From a bacterium (GTDB lineage Bacteria; Patescibacteriota; Minisyncoccia; Phycocordibacterales; Phycocordibacteraceae): a stretch of 64,000 nucleotides of DNA. The stretch covers positions 768,001-832,000 of the forward strand of contig JBBCGK010000001.1 in NCBI GenBank assembly GCA_037200965.1, written 5' to 3'. This document shows, piece by piece, positions 1 through 8,291 of the stretch; the first letter of the stretch is position 1, and each line of letters starts with the position of its first letter. The notes under the pieces are model-generated. The model searched no databases and had not been told where the DNA came from. It worked only from the letters and a program-made list of their open reading frames with translations. Position numbers and translations under genes: made by a program.

Positions 1-3000
1 GGGGGACTCACCATCACCAACACGGGCATCACGTCCGTCACGCCGCAATTCGGTGCGGCCATCAGTAACGGCGGGCTAACCGTCGCGTCCTCGACGGCGG
101 GCACCGACTTTTCGATAACCGGATCGGGAAGCACGATCACGTTCAATCTTCCGACCGCGTCTGCCGCAAACCGCGGCTTGCTTTCCTCCGCCGACTGGAG
201 CGCCTTCAGCGCCAAGCAGGGCGCGCTTACGTTCGCGTATCCGCTCCAGAATAGCGCGAATACCGTATCGCTCGCCTTCGGGACGACGACCGCGAATACC
301 TGGGGACCGGTGCAAACTTTCACGAACGTTCCCGTGCTCGGCACTCTTTCGGGAATCATTTATGGGAATAACGGATCGCTTGCCGCGACCGCCACTTCGA
401 CGCTTGGCGTCGCGCTTGCGGACACTACGGGCTCGCTCCCGGTCGACCGGGGAGGCACCGGATCGACGACGCTCGGCGGCATTTTGAAGGGAAACGGAAC
501 TTCCGGCATCGCGACCGCCGTCCCCGGCATCGATTATCAGCCCGCCGGGAGCTATCTCACCGGCAACCAGACGGTTACGCTTTCGGGCGACGTCTCGGGA
601 AGCGGCGCCACTTCGATCACGACCGCGATCGGGGCGGGGAAGGTGACGAATGCGATGCTCCTGGGCGCTATTGCCGCCGCGAAGCTCATCGGAACCGATA
701 TCACGACCGTCGGGACGATCGTAAGCGGCGTGTGGCAGGGCTCCGTGATCGGATCAGCCTACGGCGGGGCGGGAGCCGTAAGCGGAATACTCAAAGCGAA
801 CGGTTCCGGCAACGTCTCCGCCGCCTCCGCCGGAACCGACTACGTCGCTCCGAACTCCTCGCCCACATTTGCGGGCCTCACGCTCCTAAGCGCGCTTCCC
901 GTCGCAAGCGGCGGGACGGGCTGGAGCGCGATACAGTCCGGCAGCATCCCGTACGGAAACGGTTCCGGTGCCCTCGCGACTACCTCGAGCGGGGCGGCGG
1001 GGAGCGTGCTCGCGCTTGTCGCCGGAGTTCCGGCCTGGGTCGCGACGACCACGTTCTCCACGGGCCTTACGTATACGGCCGGAAGCGTGACCGTGAACAC
1101 CGCACAGAGCATCGCGAAGCTTTCGAACCTGACAAGCAATGGATTCGTCAAAACTATAAACGGCGACGGCACGCTCTCGGTCGATACGAACACCTACCTC
1201 GCCTCCATTGGTCCCGCAGGACAAAGCCAGAGCGGCCCCGCAATTACGATCGCAACTTCGACCGCGGGAACCGACATATCGGTGACGGCTTCCGGCAATA
1301 CGATCACGTTCAACCTCCCGACCGCATCTGCCGCAAACCGCGGCTTGCTTTCCTCGTCCGATTGGACGACATTCAACGGCAAAGTGTCGACCGGCGCGTT
1401 CACATCCTCCGGCCTCACCCTTTCGACCGGTAAGCTTCTCGGAAGAAGTTTGGACGGTACGGGAGCGGCCGAAGAGATAACGGTCGGGAGCGGCCTCTCT
1501 CTTTCTGGCGGGACTCTCTCCGCGTCTGGGAGCGGCATCAGCGCACTTGGTCCTTCGGGACAAACCCAAAGCGGTGCGACGGTCACCATTGCCACCTCGA
1601 CAAGCCTTGCAAACGGCGTCACGTCCGCGCTTGTGGTCGTGGGTTCTTCGAACACGCTTATGTTCACTCCTTCCGTTTCCGGCGTGCTCACGGTTCCTGG
1701 GGGAGGCACCGGTGCCGGTACGCTCACGGGACTCGTTTCGGGAAACGGCACGAACGCTTTCACCGCGACCGCGAACGGCGCAAACGGCCAGGTGCTTGCT
1801 ATGTCCGCCGGAGCGCCGACCTGGGTCGCAACGACCACGTTCTCGACCGGACTTACGTACACGGCGGGCACGGTGACGGTCAACACGGTGCAAAGCGTCA
1901 CGAAGCTTTCGAATCTCGCCACGAACGGATTCGTGAAAACGATCAACGCCGACGGCACGCTCTCGATCGACACCAACACCTATCTCACCTCTGCCCTCAC
2001 CTCAATAGGTCCCGCCGGTCAGGTACAGAACGGCCCGGCTATCGTTATCGCCACCTCGACGACCGCATTTAACGGCATTACGGTGGGCGACACGATAACC
2101 GGTTCGGGGAACACGCTTACGTGGAAGCCCAGCTGGAGCGGTTCGCTCAGCGTCCCTGGCGGCGGCACGGGGGCGACTTCGTTCGGGCAGGGCTGGATAT
2201 TCTCAAGCGGCGGCACGGGTGCCCTTGCTGCCTCGACAAGCCCGACCGTGAACTATCTTATCGCCACCTCGACGACCGCCGCTTCGATCTTCAATTACCG
2301 CGTCGGCATCGGTACGAACGCCCCCGCAACCGCGCTTGACGTGAACGGCGATATCACGATCGAGACCTTGACCTGCAACACATCGCTCGTCGGACTGGGC
2401 ACCGACGCGAACGGCAAGATCTATTGCAAGAGCGTCGTAGGTTCCGATGAGCGGCTTAAGTCGAATATCGAAAGTCTCGGCGACGAAAATGGCCTTGCTC
2501 TCATAGACTCGCTGCGCCCTGTCTCCTATGACTGGAAGGACCCGAACGTGTATGGCGGCATGTCCGGCCTCCAGTACGGGTTCATCGCGCAGCAGGCGCT
2601 TTCTGCCGCGCCGACTCTCGTCGGCACGACGTCGCCGACAGAACTGACGCCCGACGTCACGTACACGTTCAACTATTTCGGCCTCATCGCGCCCCTCGTG
2701 AAAGCGACACAGCAGCTTGACGCGCGGTTCGGCGCGATTGCTTCAACGAGCGCGGATGCGTCTCCGACGTCTTTTGCTCAGGCATTCTTTGGCCGTCTTC
2801 GGGAATGGTTCGCCGACGCGGCAAACGGAATCGAGGACTTCTATGCGAATCGTGTCCATACTTCGCAACTATGCTTAGCAGTCTCCGGCGGGGAAGAGGA
2901 ATGCTTTACGGGCGACGAGCTGAAAGCCCTTAAGGAGAAAGCCGGACAGCATGACAAGGTTCCGCCGCCCGGCATCGGGCCTGTCATCATCGAGGATGTT

Positions 3001-3105
3001 CCGCCGCCGGACACCACTGCCTCATCGTCCGAGCCGGAATCAGAAGCCGCTGCGGCTATGCCAGTGCCTCCCGATCCCGCTACTGACTTACCCGCGCCCG
3101 AGTAA
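1..3105 (+). CDS. Large repetitive surface / tail-fibre-like protein with C-terminal peptidase S74 intramolecular chaperone domain (5' partial; ORF is open from nt 1).
   Basis: The frame is open from position 1; the track M at 178 is a TTG. Gly/Thr/Ser-rich with recurring GGTG motifs and long internal repeats (for example GSGNTITFNLPTASAANRGLLSS.DW at about nt 100 and 1290, and P.WVATTTFSTGLTYTAG.VTVNT at about 1020 and 1810). The C-terminus carries DERLKSNIESL...LRPVSYDWKD...YGFIAQQ, which is the endosialidase / tail-fibre chaperone (S74) signature, followed by a Pro-rich tail. Confidence 0.75.
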   Translation, partial: GGLTITNTGITSVTPQFGAAISNGGLTVASSTAGTDFSITGSGSTITFNLPTASAANRGLLSSADWSAFSAKQGALTFAYPLQNSANTVSLAFGTTTANTWGPVQTFTNVPVLGTLSGIIYGNNGSLAATATSTLGVALADTTGSLPVDRGGTGSTTLGGILKGNGTSGIATAVPGIDYQPAGSYLTGNQTVTLSGDVSGSGATSITTAIGAGKVTNAMLLGAIAAAKLIGTDITTVGTIVSGVWQGSVIGSAYGGAGAVSGILKANGSGNVSAASAGTDYVAPNSSPTFAGLTLLSALPVASGGTGWSAIQSGSIPYGNGSGALATTSSGAAGSVLALVAGVPAWVATTTFSTGLTYTAGSVTVNTAQSIAKLSNLTSNGFVKTINGDGTLSVDTNTYLASIGPAGQSQSGPAITIATSTAGTDISVTASGNTITFNLPTASAANRGLLSSSDWTTFNGKVSTGAFTSSGLTLSTGKLLGRSLDGTGAAEEITVGSGLSLSGGTLSASGSGISALGPSGQTQSGATVTIATSTSLANGVTSALVVVGSSNTLMFTPSVSGVLTVPGGGTGAGTLTGLVSGNGTNAFTATANGANGQVLAMSAGAPTWVATTTFSTGLTYTAGTVTVNTVQSVTKLSNLATNGFVKTINADGTLSIDTNTYLTSALTSIGPAGQVQNGPAIVIATSTTAFNGITVGDTITGSGNTLTWKPSWSGSLSVPGGGTGATSFGQGWIFSSGGTGALAASTSPTVNYLIATSTTAASIFNYRVGIGTNAPATALDVNGDITIETLTCNTSLVGLGTDANGKIYCKSVVGSDERLKSNIESLGDENGLALIDSLRPVSYDWKDPNVYGGMSGLQYGFIAQQALSAAPTLVGTTSPTELTPDVTYTFNYFGLIAPLVKATQQLDARFGAIASTSADASPTSFAQAFFGRLREWFADAANGIEDFYANRVHTSQLCLAVSGGEEECFTGDELKALKEKAGQHDKVPPPGIGPVIIEDVPPPDTTASSSEPESEAAAAMPVPPDPATDLPAPE

Positions 3106-4162
3106 GGGGGCCGAAGTATCCTGCGGCCGGAGCTATACCGTTTGCGACCTGATATTCCGCAAGCGCGGCCTGCGTGACCGGGCCGAAGTATCCCGTCGCT
3201 CCGGCTGCCGCGAGCGCGCGGGCTCCCGGCCCGCTGTTTTTCCCTATGAGAAATGCCTGAAGCGCGGTCACGTCGCTTCCGCGCGCGCCGACGATCAGGT
3301 CGCGATAGAAAGTTGAGGTGGTCACCGCCGTGTTTCCCGCTGCTTCAAGCGCGTCATCGATCGCGGAGGGAAGGTTCATGCCAAGCGCGAGCGCTCCGAG
3401 GAAGGTTCCGCGATAGTTTCGCACGAGCATTTCGGCATCCTCGTCTTCGTCTTCGTCATCGGCATCCTTAAGCGCGTCTTCGACCGCATCGATGCGCTCG
3501 TCGAGCGTGAATTCGCGGGCTAGGCGAGGGAACGGATCGGTCGCCGTCCTTCCGTGGCGTATCTCGAAATGGAGATGGGTTACTCCGCCTTTCGCGTCCC
3601 CGGTGTCTCCCACATACCCGATGAGGTCGCCTTTCTTGAGCACCGAGCCTCTCTTAAGCCCTTCGGCGAATTTGTCGAGATGCATGTACGCGAATGTCTC
3701 GTCCCCGGGATTCGCCGTATAGACATAGTTTCCGGCGCTCGAGCCCGTGCCCATGCTCGTCACCACCGCGTCGGTGGGGGAGACGATGTAGTCGTCCTTG
3801 GGCGCAAGGATGTCCTCGCCCTCGTGCTTGCGCGCCCCGCCGTCGCGCGGGTCGCCGAAGTTCGGCGTGATGTCCACGAGCGAAACGCCAAGCAGCACGG
3901 GTATCGGAAGGTTCTTGACGGGATCGTCGTCAAGCGCGTCGATGGCCTTCTGCGCCGCGGAAGATATGCCGCGGCGGGACGTCGCGCGTTCGATCGTCTC
4001 CTGGCTCGCGCTCCCTTCCGAGGAATTGCGCCAATAGTCGTATGTTCTCGAATACTGCGGCCGTGTCGCCGCCTGTGCGGCCGGCGGGCAAGCGGCCGCG
4101 AAGACGAACGCGCTGATAAAGGAAACGGCAAGCACCGCCCGTGCCCGGTAAGCGTATGTCAT
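3080..4162 (-). CDS. Secreted M23 family metallopeptidase with C-terminal peptidoglycan-binding (PG_binding_1-like) domain.
   Basis: N-terminal signal peptide. HLDKFAEGLKRGSVLKKGDLIGYVGDTGDAKGGVTHLHFEIRHG matches the M23 LytM-type HxH active-site region. The C-terminal ALQAFLIGKN...GYFGPVTQAALAEYQ resembles a PG-binding repeat. The 3' end overlaps the convergent fibre gene by about 26 nt. Confidence 0.8.
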   Translation of the reverse strand: MTYAYRARAVLAVSFISAFVFAAACPPAAQAATRPQYSRTYDYWRNSSEGSASQETIERATSRRGISSAAQKAIDALDDDPVKNLPIPVLLGVSLVDITPNFGDPRDGGARKHEGEDILAPKDDYIVSPTDAVVTSMGTGSSAGNYVYTANPGDETFAYMHLDKFAEGLKRGSVLKKGDLIGYVGDTGDAKGGVTHLHFEIRHGRTATDPFPRLAREFTLDERIDAVEDALKDADDEDEDEDAEMLVRNYRGTFLGALALGMNLPSAIDDALEAAGNTAVTTSTFYRDLIVGARGSDVTALQAFLIGKNSGPGARALAAAGATGYFGPVTQAALAEYQVANGIAPAAGYFGPLTRARVSQ

Positions 4163-4214
4163 GCGCGAAGTATAGCCCGGATCTCCGTGAGATATGCGTG
4201 AAGAAAAGGGGAGC

Positions 4215-4745
4215 TTACCGCAATTTTTTAAATTCCCGGATTATCGGAGTATGCTCGCCTCGCGTTTCAGCACGTTTCAACTGTTGTAATTCGCCTATAT
4301 CGAAGACGCTGTCGAATCCGTCTTCAACCACAGGAGGAGTACGGATAAGCATATTGTGCATGCGCCTGATCGCGTGTTCGGGAACCATAGGTTCACGTAA
4401 ACGATTACGTTCGAGGGCGACCTCCATGGGAACGGCGGCCACCATGCCTTGCACCTTGCTTGCGCCATGTTCGCGGGCGAAGCGAATAAACTCCTTGCGT
4501 TCGAAGTCTTTGGCGAATGTCGCATCGAATACGACCGTCTCCCCGCGCCGCAACGCATCGGCGGTTCTTCGATGTGCTTCTTCCCACACTTCCTTGTTTT
4601 TTGACTGCTCAGTCGCATCGCCAAGCATTTCGAATCGTATATCATCGGGGGAGATGTAGGTATAGGAATTTTCTTCCGCAAAAGGTTTCAGAATTGTCGT
4701 TTTCCCGGAACCGGGAACGCCGATGCCCATAATAAGCTTTGCCAT
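4215..4745 (-). CDS. P-loop NTPase / predicted kinase (AAA_33 or zeta-toxin-like fold).
   Basis: Walker A GIGVPGSGKTT lies close to the N-terminus, with a DxTF-type segment (VFDATF) downstream. I chose the internal ATG at 4745 (MAKLIMGIG...) over the longer track start at 4823. Confidence 0.6.
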   Translation of the reverse strand: MAKLIMGIGVPGSGKTTILKPFAEENSYTYISPDDIRFEMLGDATEQSKNKEVWEEAHRRTADALRRGETVVFDATFAKDFERKEFIRFAREHGASKVQGMVAAVPMEVALERNRLREPMVPEHAIRRMHNMLIRTPPVVEDGFDSVFDIGELQQLKRAETRGEHTPIIREFKKLR

Positions 4746-4960
4746 GTTCTTAAGTATACCTGTGGTCAAAGTCTTATCCCCACGCGAATCATAGGAGGCC
4801 GCGCGCCTGCGGCTATACTTCAAGTACCACGGTGTTGCGCACCGAGTCTCTCCGGACCCGAAAGGGAGTGGTCCGCGTCATGCGCACCCAAACGCTCAAG
4901 CGATTCAGTCTTTATAAACATATCTCCGCGAAGCGGGGCTAACTTCATATATACCGGCGT

Positions 4961-5500
4961 ATGCGCCGCACTCGTCCTATGGCAGCTAAGAATGAAAAGA
5001 TGGATATAGATGTCTCCGAGCCAGTGCCCGAAGCGCCGTGGCCTCCGGCCGCGCCGGGACCAAGGAACGGGCGCAGGATGCGGCGCGGATGGTCCAAGAT
5101 TCTCGCCGCGCTCATCCTGGTCCTCGTCCTCGCCGCGCTTGCGTACTATTTTGTGCAATACCAGCGCCTCAGCCGCGACCCGGCGGTGGTCGCGCGGGCC
5201 GAAGACGCGAAAGTCATACAGGAACTTTCGAAGGTGATGGTGGTCCCGAACGATCCGAGCCCCGTCATTGCGACCGTGTCCGACAAAAGCAAGCTTGCCG
5301 ACCAGCCTTTCTTCGCGCAGGCGCAAAACGGCGACCAGGTCATCATCTTCCCGGTTTCGATGAAAGCCGTGCTCTATCGTCCGTCGGCCCGAAAAATAAT
5401 CGACATCGCGCCGCTTGCAACCGGTGCCTCGGCGTCTGCCGCCGCCCCGTCTCCCGTACCCGCAAAGGCGAAGGCGGCCGCGACGAGCACGACTCCTTAA
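4961..5500 (+). CDS. Hypothetical membrane-anchored protein (single TM, Ala/Pro-rich tail).
   Basis: Hydrophobic segment ILAALILVLVLAALAYYF and a low-complexity C-terminus. No recognisable domain. Codon bias is consistent with the neighbouring genes. Confidence 0.4.
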   Translation: MRRTRPMAAKNEKMDIDVSEPVPEAPWPPAAPGPRNGRRMRRGWSKILAALILVLVLAALAYYFVQYQRLSRDPAVVARAEDAKVIQELSKVMVVPNDPSPVIATVSDKSKLADQPFFAQAQNGDQVIIFPVSMKAVLYRPSARKIIDIAPLATGASASAAAPSPVPAKAKAAATSTTP

Positions 5501-5504
5501 ACGC

Positions 5505-6689
5505 ATGAATATCCGACTCGGCACCATTTCGCTCGTCGCACTCATTTTCTTTTCCTTCGCGCTTCCCGCGTTCGCGTCGGAAACATCCGGAACGGTGCTC
5601 GATTCGCAGAAGTTCGGATGGGGCGACAAGATCGGGTGGATCAATTTCGCACCGACCGACGGCTCCGAGTACGTCGGCCTCGTGATCACCGACAGCGCGG
5701 TGACGGGCTTCGCGTGGAGCAGGGATTTCGGATGGATACGGTTCGATCCGCCGAATTCCGGACAGGGGGTTACGAACACGCCGGAAGGCGTTCTTGGCGG
5801 TTCCGCATGGGTCGCGTCGCTCGGATGGATATCGATGGAGGGCGTAACGATAAATCAAAACGGCGAGTTCACGGGCATCGCCGGAGTCGCTGGCACCGAT
5901 ACCGCGCGTATTTCCTTCGATTGCTCGCGGTGCGGCGTGCAGACTGACTGGCGCCCGGCATCCGTGCGAGGCGGCGGCGGAAACAACGGGGGAGGCAGCG
6001 GCAACAACGGGCGTTCCGGCAGTTCCGTTCCGGACGCATCCTCGCCAGAACCCTCCTCAAGCGGTGGCGGGATCGGTATCGTGCCGTTCTTTCAGAACTT
6101 ATTTACGGGCATCTTCGGCGCAGCTCCCGGGACGAACGCCGGTACCGCTGGCGCGGCGGGCGCTGCCGTTCCGAACAGCCTGTTCGACATTTCGCTCGCG
6201 CTTGAAAAGAGCGTCGTGCCCGCAGGCGAGCCGCTCGTCGCGCTCGTCTCGTTCGCGAACTTCGGAAAGGTTACTACCGCGGCCGACCTCGCCTTCTCCA
6301 TCGTCAACGGCGAGGGAACCGTATTCGCGACATCGACCGCGCGCACGAGCGTCGAAACCGAGAACCTCGTGCGGCAGACGTTTGCTACGACGGCATTCTC
6401 TCCCGGAACGTACTGGATAAAGCTCAGGGTCACGTACGGTTCGCCCGTCATCACCGAAGACTTCAACCAGCAGTTCACAATCACGGCCGCGCAGACGTTC
6501 GCCGGGCGGTGCGGGTTCCCGTGGCCGCTGTCGTATGCCGTGGATCACATCGCGTTCCTCGCCTGGTTCGGCTGTGTATTCCCGTGGATCATCATTATCG
6601 TCACGATACTGATGATCGTCGCTCTCTTCTATTATCTTGTTCATCCGCGTGGAAAGGACCGGCATGCGGCCCGCGCTTTCTCCCGATGA
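5505..6689 (+). CDS. Secreted protein with three GW(I)xF-type repeats, a Gly/Asn-rich linker, a CARDB-like beta-sandwich region and a C-terminal TM anchor.
   Basis: Signal peptide MNIRLGTISLVALIFFSFALPAFA. Repeats GWGDKIGWINFAP, GFAWSRDFGWIRFDP and SAWVASLGWISMEG. C-terminal hydrophobic stretch FPWIIIIVTILMIVALFYYLV. The stop overlaps the next start (ATGA). Confidence 0.55.
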   Translation: MNIRLGTISLVALIFFSFALPAFASETSGTVLDSQKFGWGDKIGWINFAPTDGSEYVGLVITDSAVTGFAWSRDFGWIRFDPPNSGQGVTNTPEGVLGGSAWVASLGWISMEGVTINQNGEFTGIAGVAGTDTARISFDCSRCGVQTDWRPASVRGGGGNNGGGSGNNGRSGSSVPDASSPEPSSSGGGIGIVPFFQNLFTGIFGAAPGTNAGTAGAAGAAVPNSLFDISLALEKSVVPAGEPLVALVSFANFGKVTTAADLAFSIVNGEGTVFATSTARTSVETENLVRQTFATTAFSPGTYWIKLRVTYGSPVITEDFNQQFTITAAQTFAGRCGFPWPLSYAVDHIAFLAWFGCVFPWIIIIVTILMIVALFYYLVHPRGKDRHAARAFSR

Positions 6690-7693
6690 AGTACCTGCGC
6701 ATCACGATAACGGCAGGACTTCTGTTTCGCGGTCTTGCGCTCCTGCTCGTCATTCTCGCGGTCTCGCTTACGATCCACGAGTGGGCGCTCATGGCCGAGC
6801 GGGACCACCTGTACCAAGCGGCCGCGAACGAAGCCCTCGATGAGCGGCTCGAGTCTGTCGGCGACGGGCTCACGGAGGTTTTCGCGAGCGCTCGTGAAGG
6901 GCTCCGGTCGCTTTCGTCCGTACTCGCGGTCTATTCGGGAGTATCTGACGGCCGCGCGGGCGCCGAACAGGCGCTCCGCATCGCGCGGGACGCCCACCCC
7001 GAGTATTATTTCGTTCGTTATATAGGCGCGGACGGGTCCGCGTTCGTCACGCTTTCGCCGCCCGGCATGTCGGTGGGGGACGAGACGGTATTCGATGCCG
7101 GATTCGACGGCCTCCTGCAGGACGCGCAAAATTCAATCACCGGGGACATTCTCGTGTCGGGGCTCTCGTGGTATCCCGTCATCGGCGGCACGAAGATTCC
7201 GCTCGTGTATGCAATTACGCCGGTTGTGGCGGCAGGGAAAACGTACGGATATCTCGAAGTGGCGCTTGATATACGCAACTCGTTCACGGCGGTGACGCAG
7301 GCGCAGCGCGCCGAAGACGTCCTGTTCCTTCTGGATAGCGAAGGGAAATACCTTGTCGCGCCGCACGGTACGCCAGTTCCGGAAGATACGGTCACGAGCC
7401 GGTATCCAAAAGAGGTGGTTGACCACCTGTACGGGCCGGACACAGTCGGTGCCTTCACGTACGGCGATCGGGTCTTCGCGTATGAGCACTTGCGGACGAC
7501 CGGCGTCGGCATGCGGTCGGGTGATCCCGAATTTTGGGTGCTCGTCAGCGTGTCCGATACCCGCTCCGTCTTCAGCGCGGCGCGGCGCGCGAGAAACGAA
7601 TCGGTCTTTTCCCTGGCCGTGTTCCTTCTGCTTGCGGGTCTCGCCGGCCTCTTGGTGTACCGCCTGCGCATGATGCTGCACACTCATCTATGA
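6686..7693 (+). CDS. Membrane protein with a periplasmic Cache-like sensor domain between two TM helices and no output domain.
   Basis: N-terminal TM (LALLLVILAVSL) and C-terminal TM (VFSLAVFLLLAGLAGLLVY). The roughly 280-aa extracytoplasmic region has a double-Cache-like pattern of alternating predicted strand and helix. The start overlaps the previous stop (ATGA). Confidence 0.5.
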   Translation: MKYLRITITAGLLFRGLALLLVILAVSLTIHEWALMAERDHLYQAAANEALDERLESVGDGLTEVFASAREGLRSLSSVLAVYSGVSDGRAGAEQALRIARDAHPEYYFVRYIGADGSAFVTLSPPGMSVGDETVFDAGFDGLLQDAQNSITGDILVSGLSWYPVIGGTKIPLVYAITPVVAAGKTYGYLEVALDIRNSFTAVTQAQRAEDVLFLLDSEGKYLVAPHGTPVPEDTVTSRYPKEVVDHLYGPDTVGAFTYGDRVFAYEHLRTTGVGMRSGDPEFWVLVSVSDTRSVFSAARRARNESVFSLAVFLLLAGLAGLLVYRLRMMLHTHL

Positions 7694-8187
7694 AGCGGAT
7701 CCTGAAGCTGTCGGCGGGCCTGGGTGCGGTCCTGCTGTGCGCGGGTATCGTTCCAGCATCCGTACATGCGGCGAGCGTGGCGCTTTCCATCCCCGACCGG
7801 TACGCGCAAGTGGATCCCGACGACCGTTTTTACTACCAGCTTAACGTCCTGTATCCGGAAAACGTCCAGCGGAGGGACCTCACCGTCACTTACCGCGTCG
7901 AGGAGGGGCAGGCGACGATCGTCAGCGGCCAGTACCTGCGGGCAGTCGAGACGCAGGCATCCTTCTCCGATTACATCGTCATTCCGACCGACGCCCGGGA
8001 AGGCCTCCATACGATAGAGATCGCGGTCACCGACGGCGACAAGCCGCTCGCGCAGGTGAGCGGAAGCTTCCAGGTCAATCCGCAGGAAGACTGGGTCATG
8101 ATCTACTTCTCGATACTTCTTGCCGCCGTGCTGCTGGTCGGCGTCGGCCTGTTCGTCGAGATCCTTATCGTGTCCCGCCGCGCATGA
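7690..8187 (+). CDS. Small secreted protein: signal peptide + CARDB-like beta-sandwich + C-terminal TM anchor.
   Basis: Start MKRILKLSAGLGAVLLCAGIVPASVHA (signal peptide), found at the 53rd codon of the track ORF. C-terminal hydrophobic WVMIYFSILLAAVLLVGVGLFVEILIV. ATGA overlap with the upstream gene. Confidence 0.5.
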   Translation: MKRILKLSAGLGAVLLCAGIVPASVHAASVALSIPDRYAQVDPDDRFYYQLNVLYPENVQRRDLTVTYRVEEGQATIVSGQYLRAVETQASFSDYIVIPTDAREGLHTIEIAVTDGDKPLAQVSGSFQVNPQEDWVMIYFSILLAAVLLVGVGLFVEILIVSRRA

Positions 8188-8291
8188 CTTGTCCACACCG
8201 CGAATGCTTGAACGGGACAGGTGCTGCTAGACTCAAGAGTGTTCCGGTGTTGCGCACCGCATCTGTCCCGGGGACGATTAATTCTCGTCTC

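Noticed and set aside
732-1979. Several long ORFs in other frames and on the opposite strand inside the first fibre gene (for example 886..1893 -, 1194..1979 -, 732..1433 +).
   Set aside because: These are high-GC frame artefacts with Arg-rich, low-complexity translations. The frame-1 product has coherent repeats and a recognisable S74 domain.
1-3105. Possible CRISPR-like or tandem-repeat array suggested by recurring nucleotide motifs.
   Set aside because: The repeats are long (hundreds of nt), imperfect and in-frame coding repeats of a fibre protein. There is no short direct repeat/spacer periodicity.
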